From: Raillietiella orientalis
Taxonomy: Eukaryota
Direction of reading: 5' to 3'
Length of the DNA stretch: 64,000 nucleotides
NCBI GenBank assembly: GCA_036172245.1
Contig: JAYWIR010000024.1
Coordinates: forward strand, 2,852,001 to 2,916,000
In this document: positions 12,500 through 25,500 of the stretch, piece after piece
How the letters are laid out: every line of letters begins with the position of its first letter
Numbering within the stretch: the first letter of the stretch is position 1
Position numbers and translations under genes: made by a program
Notes under the pieces: generated by a model
Told to the model about the DNA's origin: nothing
Seen by the model: the letters and a program-made list of their open reading frames with translations, nothing else
Database searches by the model: none

Positions 12500-13800
12500 A
12501 GAAAGAGAGGGATGTTGGGGAGAGGCTGCCTCTCCCTCTTCCCCCGGGGGAGGGATTGCTGCCGACCTCATCCCCTGGGGAAGCTGCGGTCCGTTGCTTT
12601 CGACCGCGCGCCGAACACATCTCCCACAGACTCCCGACGTGACGGCCTCCCCTTCCCGCCTCCGCCTCACCATCTGCTCCTCGGGTGCTTCTAGAGACCC
12701 GGGACCCGCCGCGGAATGCTCATGGGGTGGATGCGATTTGAGGTGAGAGGAAAGGTGGGAAAGCAGCCTGGCCTCGTGGAGGTGGCTGGGCGGCGCCGAG
12801 GACTGCAGGCGGGAACGCGGCGGTCCAGGAAGAGGAAGGAAGTGGGGTCGAAGGCTTATGTGTCCGCGCGCGCTAGCACGGCGGTGCTGGAGTTCACCCT
12901 GCTTGCTTGGATGGTGGTCCAACTCGCGCTCTCTCCCTGCTTCCTCAGCCCTCGCCCTGCTTCCCCTAACCTGATTCGTGCCCATGAACCGCCGCCCAAT
13001 CTTCCCGGAACCAAGAGAAATCCCGGATCCCTTACAGACTGAGCCCAGTAGAACCAGAGGGTCGGCCCCTGGTTACAGACCACAAACTTCCGTCGCTTGT
13101 GAGCAGCCTTCTTGGTCCGTGCTGCGGTCTCTCAAAACAGGACCACTCCATCCTTTTGGCATGCTTCGCCCAACCTCGTAGTCCAAGGTTCATCAAGACG
13201 CTTCACCTCCAGATGACTCTGGAGGTCAAGCACCGCCTCCCTTTCCCGGACCTCATCCCGGGCGGCGGGAGACGGAGAGAGACGTTCTTTCAGGACCGCC
13301 ACGGAACCTCTGCATCGGTAGGATTGAGGTGGGGTGGGTCGGGGGTGAGGAGACGCCGGTGAACTGCGTCCCGGAGTCTCCCTGGAGGCACGGCGGGTCA
13401 GAGAGATCGAGGACACGGTCATAAGGGTCGCTCCCCTGGGGGACTCCAGTACCCTTCCTCTGAGACGTAGAGACGTCCTTCCTCTCTTTCTTGTCATCCG
13501 GGTGTCTGGCCCTCCGCCAAAGGACTGAACGGAAGGAGCGGGCTGAATCTTCGTCCGCAACTTCGGGGTTGCCGTGCAACGCCCGGCGGGATTCTCTCCA
13601 TGCCTTCGCCGAGAGCTCTCCCTCAACTGTCTTCCCCATCGAAAGCCGGCGGAAGACCCTGCAGGCGGATCCTGTCCGGAGAGGTCGCCCGCGACCTCAG
13701 TCCCCTCCGAATGCAGCGAGGCAAGAGGGAGGTCACGTGGGAGGCTTTCAGAGTAGAGGAGGAAAGGACGATGGAGAGGGGGAGGAGTCCCAGCACGCGC
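12500..13800 (-). mobile_element. LINE relic, RT to CCHC
   Basis: GTGVPQGSD (13253-13639 ORF), SHLEVKRLDE...CQK (KYLGVxLD), VCGRCVRRAVES (CCHC). Confidence 0.65.
13042..13185 (+). repeat. ~150-bp direct repeat, copy 2
   Basis: See 9844-9995. Confidence 0.93.
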
Positions 13801-14989
13801 CCCTGCCTCGGGCTCCAAACGCGGAACCTCGCCCCACAGGAGGAAGGGCGAGAAAGGGGCGGTCGGTGGCATCAGCCAGCGAGGCGCGCCTTCCCGCCCA
13901 TCCACTCCCCTTTCCGGCGGGGAAGGCACGCTCCATCCTTCTGGACGTGTGTCAGGAGCGAAGGGAGGGCGGGAAGGGGAGGAGAAGGAAAAATGGGGGG
14001 GGGGGGGGGGGGAAGGTACCGAGCATCCTCTTTTGTAGCAGGCTGGATTGGTCGCGTCCACTTTTTGTGGGGGGATTCTTTTTCCCTCCTCCCCCTCTGA
14101 CCCCTCTCTTGGTCCAGCGCCTCCGGTCGGAAGTTCCCCCGCTGGCCTTCCTGGAGGGCGCGCCACTCCTAAGGTGAGGACGGTTCCCCCTTCCCCTTGT
14201 CTTCCTGTGCCCTGCTGCAAGGAAGGCAGGGGCAGAGGGACAGGAAAGAAAGGGTAGAGGCAAGGAGAGAAGCATCCAGAGACGTGAGCCAGGAAGGGAT
14301 GCACTGGGACGCCCTAGATGCACCATGCGCGTAGGGCCTTGCTCCCTCCTCCCATTCCTACTGCTGCTGTTGCTGCTGCTCCACCATCACTTTCCCCTTC
14401 TTCCGTTGCCCTCCCTCCCGCTCGTTGTTGCGCGGGTGCGAGAGCGAAGGAAACAGGGGAGAGAGAGAAGAGGGAAGCATCTCAAGAACCGTTCGAACGG
14501 CAGGAAGCGTACGGATGCTGCGGGCACCTCTCCGGAACCGAGGGAGGGGAAACTTCCGCCTTCTCTCGGCCGCTCCGCCCGACGGGGAGTCCTCCACATC
14601 CCCTGACGCCCTCACCCTACGCCTTTCTTTTTTCCCCACCTCCTTGCCCTTCATTTCTCGAGGGGACAACCATTGTTCCCGCTCCTGGGGACGAGGAGGG
14701 GGCGGGAGGAGCGAGGGGACCCGAATCCCCGCGTGCGCGCGCAACCGTGGAAGCAGAGGGTCCGTCCCAGGCGCGCAGGAAGGAAAAAAAGGGGAGCGAG
14801 GAGGATTGAAGGATCCGCGAGAGAACAATGCGCGCCCGACGCTCCGCTCGCGTCCCTGTTTGGGTGCGCAGCTCTCGGGATTCGTCTCGGAGGGCTTCCG
14901 CGAGGGAGCGACACAAAGAGCCCCCGAGGTGAGGAGCGCTGCGACCTTGCACGCTGGATTAGCCCCACCGCAGGTCGCTCCAGGGGGTC

Positions 14990-17700
14990 CAGGACTCAGG
15001 AACTCGAGGGGACGCGCTGGCTGCTTCGCTCCTCGATCCCTTCCTCCTCCTCTTGCTTTTCTCCTCCTCCTCCTCCCCTGCCTGGAAAACGCGATCTCGG
15101 ATTTGCTCTCCCCGGGGGGGGCGGAAAGGTCGCCGGCGTCGCGCCCCTCCTGTTTGGCCGGCCCTCGCGCGTAGGCAAGCGACGAGCGGGTGGCGCCGCA
15201 GGAGGGGACACAGCAGCGGCGGCGGCACGCTCACGAGGCTTTGGCGGCTGCGCCGCCAACCCGCCGCGGGAACCTTCAGGAAGGGCGGTGGACCGACTCC
15301 CCTTCAGTTTAGTGCCACCCCTTCGCGTGTTTGCTCTCCGCGCGGCAAGGCGGAGGCGCACCCACGACGGTGGCATCCCAGGTGCCCTGCTCCTAGTAAC
15401 GGGACGACCGCCTCCTTCCGTCCAGACGCACTCTCGAGCCGACGTCGATCCCCCTGCTTCCCGTTTTCTCATTCGGTGGTGGGGCAGCCAGACGCATCTC
15501 GAGGATCCTACTCCTATTCTCTTGGGGCAACAGCAGCGGCGGAGGGAGGAGGAAGAGAAGAGGTGGGAGGAGAGACGCTGATGCTTTTGCCAGGGTGTCC
15601 TCAACAAGCAGCGCCCTCCGCGGTCCTGTCCTGCGCGCACTCCCCAGAGATCCAAGAGCACATTCCAGCTAGCGCCGGGGTCCACGCAAGAACGCAATTA
15701 GCCATCTTCCCAGGAGCGCTTTCCATGACGGCAACAGAACGCTGCGTCATGGCAACGGCCGATCGATCACGTCTATCTCATCCCCGATCGCTCCCAACGA
15801 CGAGCACGTCAGGTGGATATACCCACCCTCAGTATCCTTTCTCCTCTTCTTTCTCCTCCCCCTCCTCTCCTTTCCCTCCAGCAATTTGTTTGTTTTCCTC
15901 TTCGCCGATTCCAGAGATGATGAATCGAGCTTCGAAACCATGACAACCAGCGATTTCGCCCGGGAGGGCCTGTGACGGAGCAAACGGGGCTCTTTGGAAC
16001 GGGGTCCATCTGGGTCATCGGTCATCCTGGAAATTATAGTGCGCAGTGCACCCGCGGCAGGCGTTGGCGCCACATTTCCCCCTGCGCGGCTCACCACGGG
16101 CGTCCTTCCCTTCTTGCTCCCGAGTTCTCATGACACTCGCAGCTGGCCTCGTGGTGTCCGACGGGTGCAATTCGGCTTCCTGAGCATCGCAAGGGGCAGT
16201 TCCTCAGGTGGCCCTTTGGACCATCTGAGGAACCGAACAAAATTCGACCTATCTAGTCCAGGAGTCTGGCAGGAGGGAGAATCGCGTACCGATCGACCAC
16301 CTCCTTGCGGCAGTGGTCGATTCCTCTTTTTTCTTCTTTCCTCTTCCTCCTCTCCGCCTCCGCCTTCTCTCTTCCTCTTCCTCCTCTTCTTCTTGCTTTC
16401 GATGCTGCAGAAACCGGACGTTTCCCCTCGTTTCACCCTTCCCTTTTCGCTCTCCCTCCCATCCTGAAGATCTGCAGGTAGCTGTCGAAGCCCATGCGCG
16501 AGAAGAGACGCCGCGAGCGCCGTGCCACGGGGAGAAGAGTAGCAGGGATCAGGGACTCCGTCCGCCACCACCCTCTCCCGCAACGCGCGCTCATGCGCGG
16601 TGGTGCTGCAGAAGATAGCGGAGGGGCAGGGAAGGGGCCCTCCCAGCTGCCCCCCTCCGCCCCGGGAAGGAGGGAAGGAGGGGAGATGAGCCACTGCCGC
16701 CGCGGAGACTGATCTGCCCCTGCGAGTGCAAGAACACGGGTTGGCCGTCCCCCGTGGCCCTCTTATGATGCATGGCTGCCGCGGTAATCGACGGGAACCC
16801 GGGGAGACGGGCACGCGGGATTCCGGTCCGCGCGCCCGTCGGAGACCCGTGATTGAGGGCTCTCCTTATTTTTATTTTTATTTTTTCTATCTGGCCTGTC
16901 CGGACTCCCCCTCTCCCAATTCCCTTGTGATTTAGGGGTGCACAGTCCATCGTCTATTATCCCGGCGCAAAATCTTCGGAAACAAATTCTTTTCTTAGGG
17001 GTGAGATGTGTTTACGTTTGATGGTCATCCATCAACGGATATGACATGCATACAAGGCGGGTACAATAGGAGAACGGTCTCCACGGAGACCTCCCCTTCC
17101 TAATGGATCCCTGGAAAAATGCCGAAGGATTGTTGAGGGCATTCTTTCTCCCGAGCGGCACCGGCTCGGGAGCGAACCGCCGCGGGCCTCCTCTTTAGAA
17201 GAGGAGCCGCCGCCGGGAATAAAATGGGAAGAAGCGACGGCAGGAAGGCGCATTCCAGACGACCCCTCCGGTTGCCCTGGGGGATCTGGAGAACGTATCC
17301 TCTCGGCGCGGAGGAAACCCTACGCGGCGGCCGGCTCCGTGTGCTGGTAAAGGAGGAGGCGGGTGAGGAGACCGGTGCGTGGATGGGCGTCTGGGGTTCA
17401 CAGAGCTCCGCGAACGCAGCATCTCGAGGTGAAATCCCAGCCGAGGGAGCGCCGGCGCCTGGAGTCCGGATGCGCGAGACGAAGAGCGCTGGAGGGCGGT
17501 CGGTTGCTTGGCATCCGTCCTCTACTTCGCTCCCTCGTCCTGGGTGAGAGGGGAAATTCCCTCGCGCTTCTCCCCGCGCCGTTCTCTCTCGATCCTGTCC
17601 TCCTTTCGTGGCTGGAAGCTTGGGGACTGCCTCTCTCCGGTCAGTCGTCTCAGGGAACGCCCCATCCCTCATCTCACAGGGGCGCACGCTAGTGCTGTCA
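14990..17700 (-). mobile_element. LINE EN-RT relic
   Basis: GYVL..ATGGVVW (EN), MHHKRA (SDH), PSCQTPGLD (domain 0), LLGRWLIAFL, VTRSRAPGM (domain 7). Interrupted by GA/CT tracts. Confidence 0.5.
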
Positions 17701-17779
17701 GTTGTCTGGTCAGGAGAAGAAGGCAGGTCGCAAGACCACGGCGCTCCCTGACGTCAGGTGTAGAAGACAAGGAAACGAG

Positions 17780-19900
17780 CGTCTCTGGAAACCTCTGGGC
17801 CAGAGAGAGGAGATGAATTCTTTCTCCCGGCGGTTTCTTCCTCTTGTTTTGGGGAGCGGCAGGAGAAAGGGAGGAGATCGGGATCACAATAGGATAATGA
17901 CGACAGCGAGAGTGGTGTGGATAGGCATGAGAGTGAAGACGAAGGCATATCAGAGGAAGAAACCGCCGGGAATATGACATGCAGCCGAGCAACAGGATCA
18001 GCAGACTCCTCAGGGATTGAAGAAGGTTTGGTAGAATGCGTCCATAATCGCGTGAAGTCACTGCCGCTTCTGGCGGCCATCACGATGCAGTGAGTCCCCT
18101 ACGAGGCGGAGTGGAAAAAAGAAACACTGTTGAAGGGAGCCCCGAGTCCTCGGAAGGTCTGTGTGCCTCCTCCTCCCTTCCTCCTCCTTACCAGAGGCTG
18201 CGTGTCTCCAGCGAGAGCGCTTCGGGCTAGCTTCGAGATCGCCCATTCCGGCGGATGATGGATGACTCCTCCACCACCCTAGGGAAGAGTGAAAAACAAA
18301 GCGTTCTCTCTCCACGCACGTGTCCCTACTGCTGCTTCCGCGAGCCCCCAGCTGACTCTCGGACCGCGCGCCCCTCTTCGAGAGAGAGGTGGACCAGTCC
18401 TCTCTTGGACGACTGTCTTGAACCCCCTAGAGCTTCCCCGCCCGCCACATGCTTTCGGCCTTCCTGTTGCGGTCTCCATCCCCGTCGCTGACGTCACGAC
18501 CGCCGTTTGATACGCTGTTTCTTACCATCATCTTCAGTCTGCGAAGACCGTACGCATCTCTAGCTTTTCCAGCACCCTACCCTTTCCCTTATCGCTCTGC
18601 AGTAGTTGTGCCCCCGGGACACAAAAAAGCCATCTCGTTCAGGGTCTGGTGATTTCACCTTTCCGGACCGTTCCTGAGACAACTCACGCCACCCACGTTC
18701 CCTATTTCTCCAGCCCATCGCCTCGGATGCTTATCTTTCCGCTTCCTCAGCTGCCTCTCGTTTGCTGTTGGTCTCAGGTGACTCTTGTAACCCTTCGTCA
18801 AGAGCTACGGAAGAGCGTACTTTCGCACTACTTCTGGACGCCCGGAGCCATGCGGGAGAACTGTCCTGAGGTCTTGGAAGCCCTGATTTCTTCCTCCTCC
18901 CCCCTTTCTCGTTCTCCCACCACTCTTGATTTTGAACGGATCATTGATACCTTTCCGGCTTACTATCCCTCTAGCGCTCCCAACGAGCCGGTCTCTAGTG
19001 ACTGAGAGCAGCGGTTCCGGGGACTCTCCGGGAACACAAGGGTCTCATTCGGTTCTTCCTGACTCCTCAACGCGAAAACGGCACGTAGGAGCGTCAGCTG
19101 CAGAGCGCCCTTGAATCCTCGAGGAAGAACCCACCAACGAATGGCTTTCGAGAGAATCACCAAAGTTTAGGAACGACTCAGCTCTAGGCCTCGACAAGAA
19201 CAAAAAATTCCCGCTCCAGAAAAACCTGGAAGAAGCGCCAGGGAGGAGGAGAATGACCTCAACAGGAAAACTTACCATGGGCATGCGTCTCCCGTCTCCT
19301 TCCTTTCCAAGGTCATAACCTGACTCCGTAAACCCCAGAGTTCAGTGCTTGGCTGCCCGCACTCTGGTATGGAACGAGATACGCCGCGGCACACGCAGCA
19401 GCTGGGCTTCCTTGCCAGGAGTCACGACTACCTCTCTCGGCCATCTCAGCGACGCAGGGAAGCCGTCCAATAGCTCATGCCCAAATCCACAGCCGTCATC
19501 GTAAAGGTTTCTGCTGTTCCTTCGCAGGACTGGCGTCGGATTTCGAGAAGACGCAGCGGAAGGAGCAAGGCGGACTGACCATCCATTCTTCCCGCTCCAG
19601 GAGAGTACCGGTCCGAGGGCCACGCTCCCTGGGATCACGCAATCCTTCAAGCACCGACATCTCACGGAAACCCCAGGGTTCCTTGAATGAAGGTGGACCG
19701 AAACCACGCTGCGCAACGGTTTGCTCCAGCGTACGGCAGAGACGGGAGCGTACGCTGGACTCACCGTCCGTACCAATGAAGCATCTGGGCAGTGGTAGCA
19801 GCGGCAACGACATGTGCCTAAACGAGCAGATCGCAAGGCATCCTGGAAGGCAAGTCAAGCGCTCTGGACAGGTCGCTCTTGCGCCACCATGAGCCCGTTC
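17780..19900 (-). mobile_element. Miniaturised full-architecture LINE relic (gag knuckle, EN, RT, CCHC)
   Basis: GCGFGH (zinc knuckle), FGDSLESHSLVGSSSRIQG (GDFNAHxxxWGS), EEEIRA..MAPGVQ (domain 0), VFAD* (YADD), EES..LLLGC. Confidence 0.55.
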
Positions 19901-20163
19901 ATTGGGTAGTTTTTTTCCGTGCCGACGAAGCCTGGCATCCTGCTGAGATAGATGACCTGGTCGTAGTCAGAGTCCCGTGCATAAGGTGCGAAGGATGACC
20001 GCGAGCAACAAGGCGATTGAGAGAAGTTGGTTTCAAAGGAAGCTCAACCTCCTGCACGCAACTCCGATCGCGATCAGGTCATCCGTCGTAGCAGGATGCC
20101 AGACTCCGTGGGCACGGAAAAAAACTGTCCAATGAACGGGTCCATGATGGAGCAAGAACGACC
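19871..20163. repeat. Ungapped inverted repeat (111-bp arms 19871-19981 and 20053-20163, 71-bp loop)
   Basis: Manual alignment gives 21 mismatches in 111 nt, 17 of them transitions, with no indels. Confidence 0.9.
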
Positions 20164-20399
20164 CCGAACGGGGATCCCTGTAAAGTGCACCTCTAGCAGG
20201 ATTTAACAGCAGGACAACGAGTACGATTCTTCGTTGGCACCTCCTCCTGGAGCCAAGTTTCGAAGCTCTTGGTGGGCCGGTTCTCCGTGAGTGCTATCGG
20301 CAGAACGCCAACCATCGCGCTCACCCCTGTGAGCGTCCGCACGCCTCGGGATGAAAGTTTCTTAGAGCGCTGCTGAATCGTTTCCGAGAGTGGGTGTGT

Positions 20400-21560
20400 A
20401 CAGCAAGAGCTGACTCGACCGGCTTCTGACACTCCTGGAAGTGACCCTGGAGGGTCAACTTCCAATCCTGGCCGGTCGACGGGGGCATCCGGCTTCCACC
20501 AGTGCAGCACCCGAATGGGCCAACCAGCGTCATCCGGCAGGGGGTGAGGGGGCTCGACAGCCCGCCATTTCTAGGCTTCGATCTTCCACGTGGGGATTCG
20601 AACCCTCAACGTTTGGTGCTACGCGCGGAGACCGCAGCCACGCGGCCTCCAACTGGCTTGCTGCGGTCCAGCTGTCTTGGTCGGCCGAGGATGCGGCTGA
20701 CTCGTGGAGGCACAATCGACTCCGGCGATCAGCTGAGGGAGATTGGAAAAGCACTGACTGGAGCCCTCGAGAATGGATCCGAGTTAGGCGGAAGAGCTGG
20801 TCGTAGCACTCGGGAGCGTTAGGAGGAGGAGAAGACCAACATCTTCCGATGGAAACTGCCTAAGAATCCCCGGATAACGCTCTCAGTTTCTTGAGAGCGG
20901 GAGCCATGACCATTTTCACAGAAGACTGATCCAGAAAGGTTCTTCCGGAGGTGACAGACCCTCTACCTTCCGACCAAACGGTAACAAAGTGCCGCCTTCA
21001 TCTCTCTCCGTGGTGGATTTTTCAGACGGAACTGGAGGCACAGATCCCAGAGCAGGCAACGGAAGACGGGGGAGGTCTTTGGCTGGGAAGGGGAAGAAGG
21101 AAACAAAAAAAAAGGAAACAGCAGCAGCAGCAGCTGCTGCTGTTCCCGCGCGTATTAATCATCGCGCGAGCACCCAGTGCCACCGTACGTGCCTCGATCC
21201 TGCAAGTGCGCGCCTTCACGCACCTCGCGGTGGATCGCTCCGTGCCGGGAGCAGAGGCGGGGAAAGGGGGGGGGGGGGCGCAGGTGAATTCTTCGGGCCG
21301 CCAGCGTCCACACGGTCCTGCTCGGGTCGCGCGGGAGGGAGGTGCTGGAGAAGTCGTAAGCGGGGCACGTGATTACACATGCGCATTCTTCATCAGCGCG
21401 CGGATGACACTGGTGACAGCCTGAGCTGCAAATGCCGAAAAATGTAGACCTCCAGAGGAAAATTCCTCCATGGAGACGATGGGGACCGAGATCCTCGGCG
21501 TGCGCCACGGAGGCGAGAGAGACTTCGTCTTCTATTCTTAACTCTGGGTGGTGAAGTTCC
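20400..21560 (-). mobile_element. LINE RT and thumb relic, paralog of 7020-7200
   Basis: Shared ccacgtggggattcgaacc block. AALVEAGCP motif, and DLGPHRLHGGIF resembling domain 0. Confidence 0.5.
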
Positions 21561-22149
21561 ATCCGGGATTAACATACCACTCGGAGACAACCACCTCCTC
21601 TTTTCTCTCCCTCTCTCTCTCTTTTCCATTTGCGCAACGAAAGTTTCGTCTGTCCGTCAAACGTCAAGAGCACGCGATCGGGACCTCGGACATGGCTGCG
21701 TGTGGGAGACCCCCTCCCTCCCTCCCCCCCCAAAAGCTCCTCTCCTCCACCTCATTCGAGATTCCGTCGAGCGGCTTTCGATATTTTGTCGCGGCGACCG
21801 ATGGCCATGTGCACGCATGATGCATGGTGACCCATCCGCTCAGCATGATGTGATTCGCTGCTACGCAACCTTGCGGCGGCGCAAAAAAAAAGCGCAAAAA
21901 AAAAAAAAAAAAAAAAAAAAAAACGAAATAAAAGAAGAAAATTTATGCCTCCCTCGCGATAGATACATTTCTACTGCTACTCGGCCTGACAAAACATTCG
22001 CGAGGCGAAAAGAGCTGATTTGAATTATGGTCTGCTGTACCGAATTGAAATGGTACGGCCGGATTCATTACTCTTTGTTTGAAGCCGTCTTCTGAACCCG
22101 GGAGCATATCAAAAAAAAAAGTGAGGAAGCGAGGCAAAAAAAAAAAAAA

Positions 22150-22950
22150 AGAAGACCGTTGCTAGATTTCCCGCTCCTTCGGGGCATCGCCGTCCACCAG
22201 ACTGCTGGAGGACCTGGAAGACTGCTGTGCGCACGCATTCCCGAGGAGCAAAGAAGACCTGCCCCCCTTCCTTGCGCGAGGTTACGCAGGATGCGCGCGC
22301 GGTTCACTGCCGACCCCGAGCGGTCACTTCGCCAACGCAACGGGAAGGCAGACCTAGGGAGTGCTCTTCGCGTTGGACATCCTTCCGCTGAAGGTTGAGG
22401 ATCCGTGCGGGGGGCTTGGACTGATACCACCTTCTTCATCTTGAACCACGCGTATCTCATTGGATCCCTGCGCAGTCATAACTGACCGCGGCCACTGGGC
22501 GAAGATATTGGAAAGCCGGTGGGGATTTCGAGAAGTAGTGCCGATTGTGCAAGAAAGGAAGCCTTCATTGCTGTGCACAAGGACGCTGCTCGCCTCTGTG
22601 GTCTTCATAACCATGCCGTCGGTGATGGCTTGCTTTCTGCTAGGGATGCTTGTTCGCAGCCCCATCCAGCAATACGTCTCTCTCTGCTCCTGCCCTTCCA
22701 GACGGTCACCGTCGCGCATCGGAAAAACACCTCTCCTCACTTCTTCCCAGCTCTGGTAATGAACGAGTGTCCTGCGCGCGTGCTCTTTCCTTGTGAATTT
22801 GCGAGCTCCGCATCCCTCTTGATATCTTTCTGTTTGCTGCTGGTTGATTTGTCTCTGGTACGCGCCTCTTTGAAGAAAACATTCCAGAAACGCCGTAATT
22901 CAGCGTCCACTCTTGAAGGCTGGCGAGGCCTCCTACGACGAGGGACCACT
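22150..22950 (-). mobile_element. APE endonuclease relic, inverted paralog of 24400-24700
   Basis: LRRFWNVF (EN start) and DPMRYAWFK...RSDRS (YTW...SDH). A 37-bp identical block lies at 22432-22468 / 24499-24535. Confidence 0.5.
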
Positions 22951-24049
22951 TGCTCTCCTCCGGTGCTGTTTGTGCTCACACGCGATGCAGCCGGAGCTGT
23001 GGAATGCTGGTCCCCGGCTCCCGACCAATGAGGTCTTGAGAACCCTGTCCACCCAGCTTCCCGGACGGGACAACGAAACGGCGTTTCCGACCTCCTTCTC
23101 GTTGCTGCTTACTAATGAAGTCGGAGCTACGCAGTTCGTAAGTCGCCAGCATCAAGGTACACGCATCTCTCTCTTCGCAGCGCACTAGCCGGTGATGCCT
23201 TCTGCTCGAGATGCCTCTCTGCCTGTCAGTGTTCCCAAGCCGCATGATGGGCCGGGGATTCTATGCTCTCTCGTTAACTTCGCTTACCCGTACTCACCGT
23301 CGGTTGGTTCGTGCGGCAGTGCTGCTTTTCAGGGAGCGCTTCGTACAAGAATCCCAGTAGAGGAGGCGCAGGTGAGGGCATCAGAGAACAGTCGAGGTTG
23401 ATCAGCGGTTTCGTTGCCGTGAGGAATGCCTTGATCCCTGCACCGATGTCCTAGACTCTGCTGCTAGGGAGCGGCAAGCAGCAGCCAGCGAGGGAAGAAA
23501 AGGCAAGAAGACAACCCCCTGATAAATCAAAGCAATCTGGAATCCCGGAAAACCGTCTCCCATCCTTGAAGATCCAAACAGACGGAAACGGTGTCTGGGA
23601 ACACAGCTCAAGTTGGTTCGCGAAGACAGGGGCAGAACGCCAGTTCACGGTTGAGGAATCAGGATGGCGTGTCGCGGGCAGGTCGCTCCTCTGACCGAAG
23701 TGATGTGAAGCGCATCAGAACGTCTTCTGAGCACGTATCAGAAAAGCATCCAAAGAGTGACACTTCTAAGATCAGACGAAGGGAGGCTTCTGATTGGCTC
23801 CCACCTCGAGGAGCTTAAAGGAAACTCAGCTCAACCCGAACCTATGGCAACCTTGGTTGCTTCGCCAAGATCCCCGAAGGACCAGCTAAGATGGAGGAAG
23901 ACACACTCAAAGTACGAAGAGTGTTCAAGAGAAATGGGCTGAAAGGAAGAGGATGCAAACTGGGCTTCACCCTGGAGTCTCGCACAGGAATCAGAATGCG
24001 CGTTGTCACCGTGCACCCCCGAACGCGACCTTCCTTCGATTCTGGGCGG

Positions 24050-25500
24050 CCGCTGACTTCGGAAAACTCAGCAACGGAAGCTCCGTTTGAAAGTCGCAAA
24101 CTGGACGCCAGGATCCTTCGTTGCCTGCAGACTCGAAAAACAGAGGGAGGAGCGTACGGTGTGGCTTTTTGGTGTGTCACACCGGAAGTTCCGGGAGCGC
24201 GCTAGGGGAACGGCTTCGGAGCTTGAGAATGTTCCGGTCCAGCGGGAGCACAGGTTGGAGCCGCGGTTCTCAAGATGCTGGTTCGATGCTGCCACCAAGC
24301 AGCGCAAAAGGCGATTCCAGGAGGGAACAGGAACGAGGCTAAGCTTCCAACAGACCGCAAAAATCGACCTTTCCTGGGGGAAGAATTAAATTCGACGTGA
24401 CCCGATGTGGTAATGTACCAACAGTCAGTAACCAGTTGCTCTTCCAAGATCATCCAATATCTTCCCCCAGTGAGCCGCGTTCAGTTGTGGTGTACGCTGG
24501 GATCCAATGAGATACGCGTGGTTCAAGATGAAGAACGTAGTATCGGTCCAAGTCTTGCATGGGCCTTCGATCTTCAGCGGAAGGATGTCCCTCCAGGGTC
24601 CACCCCAACGTGAAGAGCACTCACCAGGTTTACCTCCCTATTGCGTTCCTGGCGGTGACCGCTCGGGTCTGCAGCGAGCTCTCGACCACTCGACGGGACG
24701 AGGACGAATGATAGGAAGAATGCGACGGATTCGGTCCACTCTTTGCCCATTCAAACAGATCGGTCGGTCGAAACGAATCGATGGAACGAGCGTTCTGGTG
24801 GGTACCGAGCCAACGGGAGCGTTCAGTCACGAGATGGCTAACAGCAAGTGGAAGCGAACAAGCAAACCTCTCTGCATGGAGAAAAGTCCCTCCTGCCTCG
24901 GCGACCAAAAGATGCACGCTTTGATTCCGGGAACACTTAGCAGGCTTTCTCTTTCTGGGAACAGGAAGCAGGTTTCCTGTTTCCAGAAGATTGTTAGCAG
25001 TCGCACAGGCAGTGAGGAAAGTCAGAGTGGACGGGAGAGACGTGAAACCAAAAGCGCCGCTAAAAGGCTTCCTCCTCGAAGGGGTGGCCAGCTTGGAGAA
25101 TCGATCCTCATTGACATCCAACGATCAAACGGATGAACTGCGACCCTTCATCCCTCGCCTAGCAGCAGACGTGCCGCTCAATTAGAAGCTCCGCTCGTGT
25201 CGTTGATCTGGAACGAACCACATGCTTCTTCTTTCGGACTCTCAAACACCTTCGGCGACGCCTCCTCTTCGGGTAGGGAAAGAGGCCTGCACGTGCGGAC
25301 GGCGGTTTCGGCGCGTGCGCGCGCTCACTTGGCTTTCGGACTGCAAGTGTTGGTCCTGAAGCGCCGCGAGCCTGACCACTCATCGATGGCCACTCCTTGC
25401 TCTTGCGCACTAGCCTGCAAACCTGGCTCTGGCCATCATCCCTCGCATCTCCAGGTATTCCCTGCATTTTCAGCCACTCGATCCAACACTTTGAGGATTG
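24050..25500 (+). mobile_element. LINE EN-RT relic, plus strand
   Basis: ILRCLQT..GVAFW, YAWFK, GDRS (EN). EKSP, ALIP, RLSLS..FQKIVSSR..SQSG, ILIDIQR, RGLH (RT domains 0-4). Confidence 0.55.

Noticed and set aside
20441..20806. Plus-strand gag zinc-knuckle reading (also 7020-7250)
   Set aside because: The minus-strand reading gives colinear RT-thumb and ALxxExG motifs continuous with adjacent RT relics.
24490..24600. WFKMKNVVSVQVL as a P-element/Tc1 transposase motif
   Set aside because: Flanking LQ/GVA, SDH-like and RT motifs in order fit an APE endonuclease better.
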